A DNA stretch of 64,000 bases from an uncultured Chloroflexia bacterium (GTDB taxonomy: Bacteria > Chloroflexota > Limnocylindria > Limnocylindrales > CSP1-4): positions 2,007,594 to 2,071,593 of the forward strand of contig CAWEHW010000004.1 in NCBI GenBank assembly GCA_963809045.1, in the 5' to 3' direction. Positions 9,283 through 18,305 of the stretch are shown piece by piece. Under the pieces are notes generated by a model. It searched no databases. It was not told where the DNA came from and was given only the letters and a program-made list of their open reading frames with translations. Positions within the stretch are counted from its first letter, which is position 1; each line of letters starts with the position of its first letter. Both the position numbers and the translations under genes were made by a program.

Positions 9283-10407
9283 TCAGGACGCCGGGCGCCT
9301 GACCCGCGGTGCGCGGGTGGCGATGAGCCGCCCATGCCGTCGGTCGTCCCACAGCTGCCAGTCGACGAGGATGGGGCTCGCCACGAAGATCGACGAATAC
9401 GTCCCCGACACGATGCCGATCAACAGCGCCAGGATGAAGTCGCTGATGGCGGAGCCACCGAACAGGAACAGGGCGAGGAGCGTCAGGACGACGGTCAGGC
9501 TGGTCATGACCGAGCGGGCGAAGGTCTGCAGGATCGAGTGGTTCACGATCGCGTCGATCGGCTCCCCGGCATGGCGGGCCTTGTTCTCGCGGACGCGGTC
9601 GAACACCACGATCGTGTCGTGCACCGAGAAGCCGATGACGGTCAGCATTGCCGTGACGAACAGGGCGTCGATCTCGACGTGGAAGAACGTGCCGAGGATC
9701 GCGAACGCGCCGACCACGACGATCACGTCATGGAATAGCGAGACCAGTGCCGTGATCCCGAACTTGACGTCGCGGAACCGGTACGTGATCCAGAGCACGA
9801 TCCCGAGTGACCCGACGATGATCAGGATGATCGCCTGGCTGATCAGGTCGGAGCTCACGACGGCTCCGATCGTCGTCAGGCTCCGCTGCTCGGCAATCGG
9901 TCCGAGCGCCGCTTCCAGCGCATCGGCGACCTCCCCGAGCTTGCCCTCGGTCGGGATCTCGGTGTTGCCGGTGGGCGGTGCGGAGGCTTCGGGCGAGGCC
10001 CCGGGAGACGCGCCCGGCGAGGCCGAGGCGCCCGGCGACGCGGACGGATCGATCGATGCCGATGGCGCAGCCGATGCGGACGCGGACGGTCCGGCTGACG
10101 GTGCCGCCGTCGGAGCCGGAGCTTCCTGGAGCCCGACGATCTGCTCGGTCTTGATCTCGATGAACCCCGACTGGGTTGCCAGGGTGACGGCCTCGAGGCC
10201 CTGCTCGGCGAAGACTTCCTCGACCTGTTCCGGGGTGACCGCCGGATTCTCGAACCGGATCTCCCATCGGGTGCCGCCCGTGTAGTCGATCGTGAACTGG
10301 AGGCCGGCATCCGTGAACGGTGTCAGCAGGATGAAGACCAGGCCCGGGATGGTGATGACGGCCGAGAAGATGTAGAAGAAGCGCCGTTTGCCGATGACGT
10401 CAAACAC
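9283..10407 (-). CDS. secF: protein translocase subunit SecF (with Ala/Ser/Pro-rich insertion in periplasmic domain)
   Basis: SecF N-terminus and TM topology (MFDVIGKRRFFYIFSAVITIPGLVFIL). It overlaps the secD stop by 8 nt. Confidence 0.9.
   Translation of the reverse strand: MFDVIGKRRFFYIFSAVITIPGLVFILLTPFTDAGLQFTIDYTGGTRWEIRFENPAVTPEQVEEVFAEQGLEAVTLATQSGFIEIKTEQIVGLQEAPAPTAAPSAGPSASASAAPSASIDPSASPGASASPGASPGASPEASAPPTGNTEIPTEGKLGEVADALEAALGPIAEQRSLTTIGAVVSSDLISQAIILIIVGSLGIVLWITYRFRDVKFGITALVSLFHDVIVVVGAFAILGTFFHVEIDALFVTAMLTVIGFSVHDTIVVFDRVRENKARHAGEPIDAIVNHSILQTFARSVMTSLTVVLTLLALFLFGGSAISDFILALLIGIVSGTYSSIFVASPILVDWQLWDDRRHGRLIATRAPRVRRPAS
9967..10125 (-). repeat. low-complexity Ala/Ser/Pro-rich coding insertion (APAPTAAPSAGPSASASAAPSASIDPSASPGASASPGASPGASPEASAPP) inside secF
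   Basis: A compositionally biased segment of about 53 aa within the SecF periplasmic domain. Confidence 0.8.
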
Positions 10408-11758
10408 GCGCGCGCGCCTCGCGACGACTTGGTGGTCGCGTAGCCCCGAGGGCCGCGAACTCGTCGTCGCGCAGCCCGTATCGCGAGGCCTTCCGCGCCC
10501 AGCCCTGACGAACGACGACTCGGAGGATCGTTCGCGTCACGACGATGGCACTGAACATCGAGACCAGGACGCCGATGATCAGCACGAGCGCGAACCCGCG
10601 GATCACCGACGAGCCGAACATGTACAGAATGGTCGCCGTGATGAGGCTCGACACGTTCGAGTCGAGGATCGAGTTCCAGGCCCGGTTGAAGCCCGCTTCG
10701 ACGGCGGCAGGGAGCGACTTGCCGAGTCGCAGCTCCTCCTTCATCCGCTCGAAGATCAGGATGTTGGCGTCGACCGCCATGCCGATCGAGAGCACGAAGC
10801 CCGCCACCCCGGCGAGGGTCAGCGTGACCGGGATGAGCCGGAAGAGCCCGTACATCACCAGCGTGTAATAGACGAGCGCGAAGCTCGCCACGAGCCCCGT
10901 GAGCCGGTAGTAGCCCAGCATGAAGGTCACCACGAGGCCGATCCCGATGAGGCCGGCCAACAGGCTCTGGCTCAGGAACTGGCTGCCGAGCGTCGCGCTG
11001 ATCTGCTCGCTGGACAACTCCTCGATCGGGAATGGCAGCGACCCGAACTTCAGGACGGTGACGAGGTTCTGAGCCTCCTTGATCGGGAACCCGGCCGTGC
11101 CGCCCGTGATCTGTCCGCGACCGTCGGGGATGGCGCTCTGGATCACCGGTGCGGAGATCACGGACGCGTCGAGCGTGATGGCGAAGTACTCGCCGACGTG
11201 CGTGGCCGTGTAGTCCCCGAACAGCTTCGCGCCGTCGCCCTTCAGCACGAAGTCGACGGCGGGGCGTCCGTTCTGATCGGTCCCGACCGTCGCCGACTGG
11301 ACCTGATCGCCGCTGAACAACGGCGGGTTGGCATCGAGGTCGAGAGTTTGTCCGTCCTGGACCTGCTGCTGGCCGAGGGGCACGAAGTCGAGCCGCCCGG
11401 TCTGGCCGACGAGGCGCCGGACGGACTCGGGATCCGTGACCCCAGGCAGCTCGACGACGACCCGGTCGCTGCCCTGGGTCAGCACGATCGGTTCGGAAAC
11501 GCCGGTCTGGTTGACGCGCCGTTCGACGATGTCCTTGATCACCGACATGTCGCCCGGGCCGGGCGCCACACCATCGACCGGGATCGCCTGGTACTCGACC
11601 CGGAGGCCGCCCTCGAGGTCAAGTCCGAGCTTGGTGACGACCGGCCGCCACGTGCCGTCGGCGCTTTCGGAGTCGGGCAGCGACAGCCCGGGAAGGAAGT
11701 CGACGACCAGCGCGAGCACGCCGATCAGGAGAATCAGGAGGGGGCCGGCCTTGCGCAT
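10400..11758 (-). CDS. secD: protein translocase subunit SecD
   Basis: SecD periplasmic and TM domain organisation, located immediately upstream of secF. Confidence 0.9.
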   Translation of the reverse strand: MRKAGPLLILLIGVLALVVDFLPGLSLPDSESADGTWRPVVTKLGLDLEGGLRVEYQAIPVDGVAPGPGDMSVIKDIVERRVNQTGVSEPIVLTQGSDRVVVELPGVTDPESVRRLVGQTGRLDFVPLGQQQVQDGQTLDLDANPPLFSGDQVQSATVGTDQNGRPAVDFVLKGDGAKLFGDYTATHVGEYFAITLDASVISAPVIQSAIPDGRGQITGGTAGFPIKEAQNLVTVLKFGSLPFPIEELSSEQISATLGSQFLSQSLLAGLIGIGLVVTFMLGYYRLTGLVASFALVYYTLVMYGLFRLIPVTLTLAGVAGFVLSIGMAVDANILIFERMKEELRLGKSLPAAVEAGFNRAWNSILDSNVSSLITATILYMFGSSVIRGFALVLIIGVLVSMFSAIVVTRTILRVVVRQGWARKASRYGLRDDEFAALGATRPPSRREARARV

Positions 11759-11819
11759 CGAGGCGGGATGTTACACGGAATGCCCGCACTCCCATGCGCG
11801 GACAGGTCGACGGCCAGAC

Positions 11820-13673
11820 CTAGGCGTCGAGCGTGGCCTTGATCCTGGCGGCAAGGGACGATCCGATCCCGGGCACCGCGGCGATCTGTTCGACAGGCGC
11901 ATCGCGGACTCGCTTGATCGATCCGAACACCTTGAGGAGCTCGCGTTTGCGCTTCGGTCCCACCCCCGGCAGGTCGTCGAACGCTGACCGGACGGCGCGC
12001 CGAGCTCGAAGCCCACGGTGGTAGGTGATCGCGAACCGGTGTGCCTCGTCACGGAGCCGCTGCACCAGGTACAGCGCGGGCGATGTCGATGGCAGCACGA
12101 TCGGGTCCGAACGATCCGGCAGGAACAGCTCCTCGCGTTCCTTGGCGAGACCGGCCAGCGGCAGGTCGTGCAGACCGAGCGCGTCCAGGGTTTCCTTGGC
12201 AGCACTGACCTGGCCCTTGCCACCGTCGACGATCACGAGGTCGGGCATCGACCAGCGACGGGCCTCCTCGCTCCCCTCCTCGCCCGTCCGCACCGTCCGG
12301 AACCGCCGGCGCAACACCTCCTGGTGACTCGCGAAGTCGTTCGGGCCGGTCACCGTCTTGATCCGGAATCGACGGTACTCGCCGGAGCGCGGTTTCCCGT
12401 CCTCGAACACGACCATGCTGCCGACCGATTCGCTGCCCTGGAAGTTGCTGATGTCGTAGCACTCGATCCGCAGGGGCGGCCCGGTCAAGCCGAGTGCGTC
12501 GGCCAGTTCTTCGAGGGCCGCCAGGGTCTTGCCGTGATCGGCCAGCCAGCGGGCCTGCTCCCGCGCGAGGGTCTCGCTGGCGTTGCGCGTGGCCAGGGCC
12601 ATGAGCTCGCGCTTCTCGCCGCGTTGCGGAATTCGCACGTGCACCGGGCCGCCTCGGCGCTCCGCCAGGAAGGTCTCCAGGACGCTGCCATCGAGCGTCA
12701 CGGTCGGGACGTAGATCTCGCGCGGAATGGACCCGGCACGCGTGTAGTACTGCTCGAGAAAGCTCGTCAGCACTTCGTCGTCCGATGCCTCCCGGACCGC
12801 GTCCAGGAGGAACACGTCCCGGCCGACCATCTGGCCGTTGCGGATCGCAAAGAGCTGGATCGCGGCCTGGTTGTCCTGTCGCGCGACCCCGACGAGGTCG
12901 AGCTCGGTACGCGCGAACGCCGCCATCTTCTGGCTCTCCATCGTGCGCTCGATCGCGCGAATCTTGTCTCGCGCGGTGGCGGCGCGCTCGTACTCCATCC
13001 GGTCCGCGGCGACGCGCATCTCGCGTCCGAGCGCCTTCACCAGCGACTCCTGGCGGCCCTCGAGGAACTGCTCCACCTGGTCGATGTCGGCGCGGTAGGC
13101 ATCCTTCGAGATCGCTTCGATGCAGGGGCCCTGGCAGCGCTTGATGTGGTAGAGCAGGCACGGCCGCTGGAGCGCCCGCTCGCCCTCGCGGATGTCGATC
13201 GTGCAGGTGCGGAACGGAAAGAGCCGCCGGACGAGGTTCATCGATTCGTCGACGCTCGAGGCCGATCCGTACGGCCCGAAGTACCGGCTGCCGTCGTTGA
13301 CCAGCTTCCGGGTCCGTTCGACGCGCGGGAAGTCGTCGCTGAGCGTGACCTTGATGTACGGATAGCTCTTGTCGTCCTTGAGGCGGACGTTGAAGCGCGG
13401 TCGATAACGCTTGATCAGGTTCATCTCGAGGAGGAGCGCCTCGGAGACCGAGTCGGTCTGGGTTACTTCGACGTCGACGATCCGGTCGATGACGGCGCGG
13501 ATCCGGTGTCCCTCGAGCGGGCCGGCGTGGCCCTTCTGCCAATAGCTCCGGACGCGGTGCTTGAGGCTCTGCGCCTTGCCGACGTACACGACATCGCCCC
13601 GGTCGTCCTTCATGAGGTAGACGCCGGGTTTGTCGGGCAGCTTGGCGAGGGCCGACGCGAGCTCGGGGGTCAC
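11820..13673 (-). CDS. uvrC: excinuclease ABC subunit C
   Basis: An N-terminal GIY-YIG nuclease (KPGVYLMKDDRGDVVYVGKAQSLKHRVRSY), a UVR domain and a C-terminal RNaseH-like/HhH region. It is 617 aa. Confidence 0.95.
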   Translation of the reverse strand: MTPELASALAKLPDKPGVYLMKDDRGDVVYVGKAQSLKHRVRSYWQKGHAGPLEGHRIRAVIDRIVDVEVTQTDSVSEALLLEMNLIKRYRPRFNVRLKDDKSYPYIKVTLSDDFPRVERTRKLVNDGSRYFGPYGSASSVDESMNLVRRLFPFRTCTIDIREGERALQRPCLLYHIKRCQGPCIEAISKDAYRADIDQVEQFLEGRQESLVKALGREMRVAADRMEYERAATARDKIRAIERTMESQKMAAFARTELDLVGVARQDNQAAIQLFAIRNGQMVGRDVFLLDAVREASDDEVLTSFLEQYYTRAGSIPREIYVPTVTLDGSVLETFLAERRGGPVHVRIPQRGEKRELMALATRNASETLAREQARWLADHGKTLAALEELADALGLTGPPLRIECYDISNFQGSESVGSMVVFEDGKPRSGEYRRFRIKTVTGPNDFASHQEVLRRRFRTVRTGEEGSEEARRWSMPDLVIVDGGKGQVSAAKETLDALGLHDLPLAGLAKEREELFLPDRSDPIVLPSTSPALYLVQRLRDEAHRFAITYHRGLRARRAVRSAFDDLPGVGPKRKRELLKVFGSIKRVRDAPVEQIAAVPGIGSSLAARIKATLDA

Positions 13674-13731
13674 GCTTCGATCCTAGGGCAAGATCGCGCG
13701 TGGAGTCGTCAGGAACCCGACGGGCAAACGA

Positions 13732-13755
13732 AGGCCGGCCCTCGCGGGCCGGCCT
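13732..13755 (-). terminator. GC-rich hairpin (10-bp stem AGGCCGGCCC/GGGCCGGCCT, 4-nt loop) downstream of the 5'-nucleotidase gene
   Basis: A perfect stem between the nucleotidase stop (13777) and the uvrC start (13673). No T-tract follows, as is common in high-GC genomes. Confidence 0.45.
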
Positions 13756-13776
13756 CGGGTGAGCGTCCGGAGGACG

Positions 13777-15534
13777 CTACGGGATACGGGTGATCTGGTT
13801 CAGCACCGCGACCGGCGTGTATGGGTCGTGGGCGGCCAGATACTGCTCGAGCGCGACCAGGTCGTCCAGGCCCGTCTGCTCCGCGGTCCCAACCGTGAAG
13901 CCCGGGAAGTCGTCCCCACCTCCGGCCAGGAAGTTGTTGGCGGTTACGCGGTAGGTCGCGACGGGATCGATAGCGACGCCGTTCAGCATCATGTTGCTGA
14001 CCTTGCTGCCGATCGCCGCCGATGCGGTCCAGGTGTACGTGAAGCCAGCCGACACCGGCAGGACAAGCGTCCTGGGATTGCCGGCCTGGGCGCCGGAGCT
14101 GACCACGAACTGCTGTTCGAGAATGGTCTTGATCTGGGCGCCTGTAAAGGTCTTGGTCGTGACGATGTTGCTGAACGGCTGGACGCCGAACGCTTCGCCA
14201 TGGGTGACCTCTTCTGGCCCAGGCGCCAGGAACGCCAGGTCGGAGCGCATCCCACCCGGGTTCATGAACGCGATCTGCGCACCAGCCCCAAGCGACGATT
14301 CGAGCTGTGCGTCCGCGATGAGGCGGCCCATCGTCGACTCACCCGCTGCATTCGCGGCCCGGGTCAACGGCCCGGTGATATGGCCGACGACTTCGGCGGC
14401 GATCGGACCGGCGAACACGTTGTACTCCGCAACCAGCGCGGTCAGGTCCGCCGCCTTCGCGACGTCCTGGGTCACGATCCGGTTGTTGACCAGGATCGGT
14501 CCGACGATGTCCTTCGTCGCACGGCTGACCGTGATGTCGATATCCGTGATGAGCCGACCCTGGGCGGCGGCTCCGGTGACGACCTTGCCATCGATGACGC
14601 AGTTGACGGCCCAGTTGGTGTGGCCGGTGATCACGATGTCGATCTCGTCATCCATCGCGTCGACGATCGGCGGCAGGGCACCCGTGGGGTTGTTGCAGCT
14701 GTTGATGGCGTTGACGTCGCCCGCACCATTGCCGGCCGCGCCGATGGTGCCGCCCTCGTGGAGGAGCACGATGATCGTCTCGATGCCTTGCCCCTGAAGC
14801 ACGGGGACGAGCGCGTTGACGCTCTCGGCCTCGTCGAGGAAGTTGACGCTGGCGATCCCGCTGGGCGAGACGATGAGCGGCGTGCCCTCGAGGGTCATGC
14901 CGACGAACGCGACCTTGACGCCGTTGAAGTGGCGGATCGCGTACGGCGGGAAAATCGTTTCACCAGTGTCCTTGTAGGCCACGTTTGCCGCGAGGAACTG
15001 GAACTCCGCGCCATCGAAGCCGTCACCGTCGCCGCACCCGTCCACCGGGTGGCAGCCGCCGTTCTGCATCCGCAGGAGCTCGTCGACGCCCTCGTCGAAC
15101 TCGTGGTTCCCGACCCCGTTGTAGTCGAGGTCCATCAGGTTGAACGCCTCGATCGAAGGCTCGTCGTGGAACAGCGCCGACAGCAGCGGTGTGGCGCCGA
15201 TCAGGTCGCCCGCCGAGACGAAGACCGTGTTCTCGTTCTCGGCGCGGAGGTTCCGCACGTGGGTGGCGAGATACTCGACGCCGCCGGCCGGGATACAGGC
15301 GGGGGCGACGCACTGGCCCGACGTCAACGCCCCGATGCGACCACTCGAGCTGGCGGTTGGCGGCACGACCTCGAGCTGGCCGTGGAAGTCGTTCAGGCCA
15401 AGGATCTGGATCTGGGTCGTCTTGGCGCGTGATGCGGCTCGTCCATCGTCCGGAGCGTTCGCGGACGTGATCGGGGCACCCACGCCAATCACAAGCGCGG
15501 CGAACAAGACTGTGGCTGCTCGCAGTCGTTTCAT
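13777..15534 (-). CDS. secreted 5'-nucleotidase / 2',3'-cyclic-nucleotide phosphodiesterase (calcineurin-like metallophosphatase plus 5'-nucleotidase C-terminal domain)
   Basis: A signal peptide (MKRLRAATVLFAALVIGVGAPITSANA), metallophosphatase motifs (LGLNDFHG, GNHEFD, GHTN) and a UshA-like C-terminal domain. Confidence 0.85.
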   Translation of the reverse strand: MKRLRAATVLFAALVIGVGAPITSANAPDDGRAASRAKTTQIQILGLNDFHGQLEVVPPTASSSGRIGALTSGQCVAPACIPAGGVEYLATHVRNLRAENENTVFVSAGDLIGATPLLSALFHDEPSIEAFNLMDLDYNGVGNHEFDEGVDELLRMQNGGCHPVDGCGDGDGFDGAEFQFLAANVAYKDTGETIFPPYAIRHFNGVKVAFVGMTLEGTPLIVSPSGIASVNFLDEAESVNALVPVLQGQGIETIIVLLHEGGTIGAAGNGAGDVNAINSCNNPTGALPPIVDAMDDEIDIVITGHTNWAVNCVIDGKVVTGAAAQGRLITDIDITVSRATKDIVGPILVNNRIVTQDVAKAADLTALVAEYNVFAGPIAAEVVGHITGPLTRAANAAGESTMGRLIADAQLESSLGAGAQIAFMNPGGMRSDLAFLAPGPEEVTHGEAFGVQPFSNIVTTKTFTGAQIKTILEQQFVVSSGAQAGNPRTLVLPVSAGFTYTWTASAAIGSKVSNMMLNGVAIDPVATYRVTANNFLAGGGDDFPGFTVGTAEQTGLDDLVALEQYLAAHDPYTPVAVLNQITRIP

Positions 15535-15744
15535 TCGATACCTCTACCTCAGCCGGGTGACCCGGGCTCGTCCAGTGCGCCGATCTGGTCGCAGCAGGAC
15601 GGCAATGCTACCTATCCCCACCGAACCCCACCATCAGCGGGCTTCACCACGCCGTTAACGTTTCGTGCACGGATCGCACGGACCGGTGCGTCCAGGCACC
15701 GGATTGATGATCGCCACGAAAGGCACGCCAACTACCGTGCCCGC

Positions 15745-17391
15745 GTGGAGCTCCCAGTGCCCGTGGCCGAACGATTGGCGAGGCTGGCGCCCGACCAGCG
15801 TGCGGCCGCCACGGCCCCGCCTGGACCATCGCTGTGCATCGCGCCGGCGGGTTCCGGCAAGACCACGACGCTCGTCGCCAGGGCGGCCTGGCTGATCGCA
15901 ACCGGGACGCCGCCGGGATCGATCCGGGCGATCACGTTCAACAAACGGGCCGCAATCGAGATGACCGAACGGCTGGACGCTGCCATTCAGCCACTCGGAG
16001 TCGCGCCGGGGACCGTCCGCGTCCGGACGTTCCATGCGCTTGGGCGGGAGATCCTCCGCGACTCTGACGTGCCAGTGGGCACGATGGTGAACCGCGGAGC
16101 CATCCTCCGCGACGTCGCACCATGGGCCGACGAGGCCGCCCTGCGCCGGCTCGACACGATCATCTCGCGCCTGAAGGTCGAGCTCGCCGTATCCGCGGCA
16201 GATGTGGCAAGCGACCCTGATGCTGGCCCCAACGCGCGGGCATTCGTGGCGTACGAGTCGGCCGTCGCCGCCGCCGGTGGGCTGGATTTCGACGACCTCA
16301 TCCTGCGCGCGATCGACTGTCTCGAGCGGGACCCGGGACTCCTCGATCGCTGGCGGGCGCGCTGCGTCGAGCTCCTGGTCGACGAAGTCCAGGACGTGGA
16401 CCGGGCCCAGTTGCGGCTCGCCTTGTTGCTGGCTGCGCCGGCAAACCGGATCTTCCTGGTTGGCGATGACGACCAGTCGATCTACGGGTGGCGCCTCGCC
16501 GACGTGCGGCGGATCCTCGGCTTGGCGGACCAACTGCCCGGTCTTGGGCGCGTGGACCTCGAGGTGAACTACCGGTGCCCGCGCGTGGTCGTGGACCGGG
16601 CCGTCCGGCTCGTGGCACACAATCGCGAGCGGTTCCCGAAGCGCATCCGAGCTGGCCCGGCAGCGACCGGAAGCCTTGTCCTGGCGCCCGATGCCGCCGA
16701 TGAGACGGTCCGTCTGGAGCGCGCCATTCGGACCTGGCCGGAGGATGGTTCGACACGGGCGGTTCTCGCTCGGACGAACCGCGAGCTGCTCCCCGCAGTC
16801 GCCGTGGCGCTTGACCTCGGCTTGCCGTTTCGGGCGCCCCGGATCGAGCTGCTGCTCGACTCACCTCTTCTCGACGATCTCCTCGAACGTGCCGGCCGAC
16901 CCGATCTGGCGGCCGCGCCGCTCCTCGTTGCCCTCGGGCGCGTCAACCGAGACCTCAGGCTGGCGTCCGGGTCGACGCGAGTCGAGCACGAGCTGGCAAC
17001 GGCGATCCAGGCGTGGGCGGTCGGCCACGACCACCTGGCATCATTGATTGCCGCCGTCAACGCGGCGCGCGGCCGGCTGGCGGACCTGCGTCGCGACGAT
17101 GCCGCCCTGACCCTCGCGACCGCCCACGCGACAAAGGGCCTCGAGTTCGACCACGTGATCGTCGTCGGGATGGAGGCGGGCCGGTTCCCGAGCGGACGGA
17201 CCGTCGCGGAGGCCGAGGAACCGGCCCGTGCTTACGAGGAGGAGCGCCGCCTCGCCTACGTCGCGTGGACCAGGGCGCGTCGGACGCTCACCCTCCTGTA
17301 TGACCCGGCGGTCCCCTCCCCATTCCTGCTCGAAGCGTTCACCGCCGAGGAGCTGGGCCTCAGCCCCGCGCCCGAAGCAGTTCGCGGTTGA
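15745..17391 (+). CDS. UvrD/Rep-family superfamily-1 DNA helicase (compact 548-aa form)
   Basis: Walker A (APAGSGKTTTL), motif Ia (TFNKRAA), motif II (LLVDEVQDVD), motif III (GDDDQSIYGWR) and motifs V/VI (TAHATKGLEFDHVIV, VAWTRARRTL). It is much shorter than canonical UvrD/PcrA, so accessory 1B/2B domains appear reduced. Confidence 0.8.
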   Translation: MELPVPVAERLARLAPDQRAAATAPPGPSLCIAPAGSGKTTTLVARAAWLIATGTPPGSIRAITFNKRAAIEMTERLDAAIQPLGVAPGTVRVRTFHALGREILRDSDVPVGTMVNRGAILRDVAPWADEAALRRLDTIISRLKVELAVSAADVASDPDAGPNARAFVAYESAVAAAGGLDFDDLILRAIDCLERDPGLLDRWRARCVELLVDEVQDVDRAQLRLALLLAAPANRIFLVGDDDQSIYGWRLADVRRILGLADQLPGLGRVDLEVNYRCPRVVVDRAVRLVAHNRERFPKRIRAGPAATGSLVLAPDAADETVRLERAIRTWPEDGSTRAVLARTNRELLPAVAVALDLGLPFRAPRIELLLDSPLLDDLLERAGRPDLAAAPLLVALGRVNRDLRLASGSTRVEHELATAIQAWAVGHDHLASLIAAVNAARGRLADLRRDDAALTLATAHATKGLEFDHVIVVGMEAGRFPSGRTVAEAEEPARAYEEERRLAYVAWTRARRTLTLLYDPAVPSPFLLEAFTAEELGLSPAPEAVRG

Positions 17392-17707
17392 GCTCGCGGA
17401 GCAACCGGTCGATCGACTCGAGGAAGGGCTCGGTCAACTCCGCAGGCAACGCGTCGCGTACCGAGTCGTTGGCGCCGTAGGCCGCCCGACTACGCAGCGC
17501 TGTCGACCGGAGCGCGGCAGGATCCTCGTCCCGAAGGCGATCCGGGAGGGCCTCGAAGAAGGTGACCCACCGCGCCAGCCCACGGGCACGAGCCTCGGCG
17601 ATCAGCCGGTCCGCGTGTCGTGCGGCGGCAAGTCCTGCCTCATCGATCGTCGGACGTTCATGCCGCGAGACCTTCAGGCTCGATCCGCGTCGACTGCCCT
17701 CAGTCAT
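17360..17707 (-). CDS. hypothetical protein (about 115 aa, Arg/Ala-rich, no recognised domain)
   Basis: An ORF with reasonable third-position GC bias, located immediately downstream of the 149-aa hypothetical gene with an 8-nt ATGACTGA start/stop overlap. Its 3' end overlaps the convergent helicase gene by about 30 nt. The start could alternatively be at 17725. Confidence 0.4.
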   Translation of the reverse strand: MTEGSRRGSSLKVSRHERPTIDEAGLAAARHADRLIAEARARGLARWVTFFEALPDRLRDEDPAALRSTALRSRAAYGANDSVRDALPAELTEPFLESIDRLLRELNRELLRARG

Positions 17708-18149
17708 CCGCTGGCTTTGTCCCAATCCCTTCGCCGGTCGAGCCGACGTCCGCCGGCGCCAGGAGCAACAGCGGCAGGCGCTTGCGCTCGGAACCGTTGA
17801 CCAGGATCCGGAAGGAGTAGTCGCCCGGGGCAGGGAACGTCAGGTTCCACAGGTCGATCGAGAACGTCAGGACGGCATCGCGCCCATCCCGCTGGCTTCG
17901 TGCGGACAGGCTTCCCGTTGCCCCGGCGACCTCCCCGCCATCGGGATCGAGGAGCACGAATCGGATCTCGTGCTCGCGGTCTGTCTCGGGGGCGGTGATC
18001 TGGAGCCCGATGATCAGGGCCAGGTGCGGATGGCGGAGTGGGAACCGCCGGCCGCCGATGCGGGCGATCCCGCCGCCCAGCACGTGGAACTTCTGGCCAG
18101 GGACCGTCTCCGCGGCATCGGCGAGAAACGCAAAGTCGATGTCTGGCAC
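17700..18149 (-). CDS. hypothetical protein (149 aa, predicted beta-rich, no recognised domain)
   Basis: Strong GC3 codon bias and a varied, non-low-complexity sequence (…FHVLGGGIARIGGRRFPLRHPHLALIIGLQITAPETDREHEIRFVLLDPDGGEV…). The upstream region 18150..18305 is free for a promoter. Confidence 0.65.
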   Translation of the reverse strand: MPDIDFAFLADAAETVPGQKFHVLGGGIARIGGRRFPLRHPHLALIIGLQITAPETDREHEIRFVLLDPDGGEVAGATGSLSARSQRDGRDAVLTFSIDLWNLTFPAPGDYSFRILVNGSERKRLPLLLLAPADVGSTGEGIGTKPADD

Positions 18150-18305
18150 GTTCGTATGCTAGACCTGCCGGAGCGTTAACAACACGATGCGATCAGGGAT
18201 ATCGTAGGACGGCACAGTCCGGGGGCCACATCGATGACACGCATCGTCATCAGTGGTCGTTGACGCATCCGGCAGCTCCGGTGCAGCAGATCAAGGAGGC
18301 GTCCC

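Noticed and set aside
15541-15570. Imperfect palindrome AGCCGGGTGACCCGGGCT upstream of the 5'-nucleotidase gene
   Set aside because: It has only a 5-bp stem with a 3-nt loop and a central mismatch. It is too weak to call an operator or terminator without comparative support.
15655-16620. 321-aa minus-strand ORF and many other 100-500-aa ORFs antisense to uvrC, secD, uvrB, polA, helicase and dnaE (for example 12049..13542, 10388..11842, 25118..27649, 32416..35715, 39574..42228)
   Set aside because: These are typical stop-codon-poor antisense frames of a 70 percent GC genome. Their products are Arg/Pro/Gly/Ala-biased low-complexity sequences, and each overlaps a gene with clear homology on the other strand.
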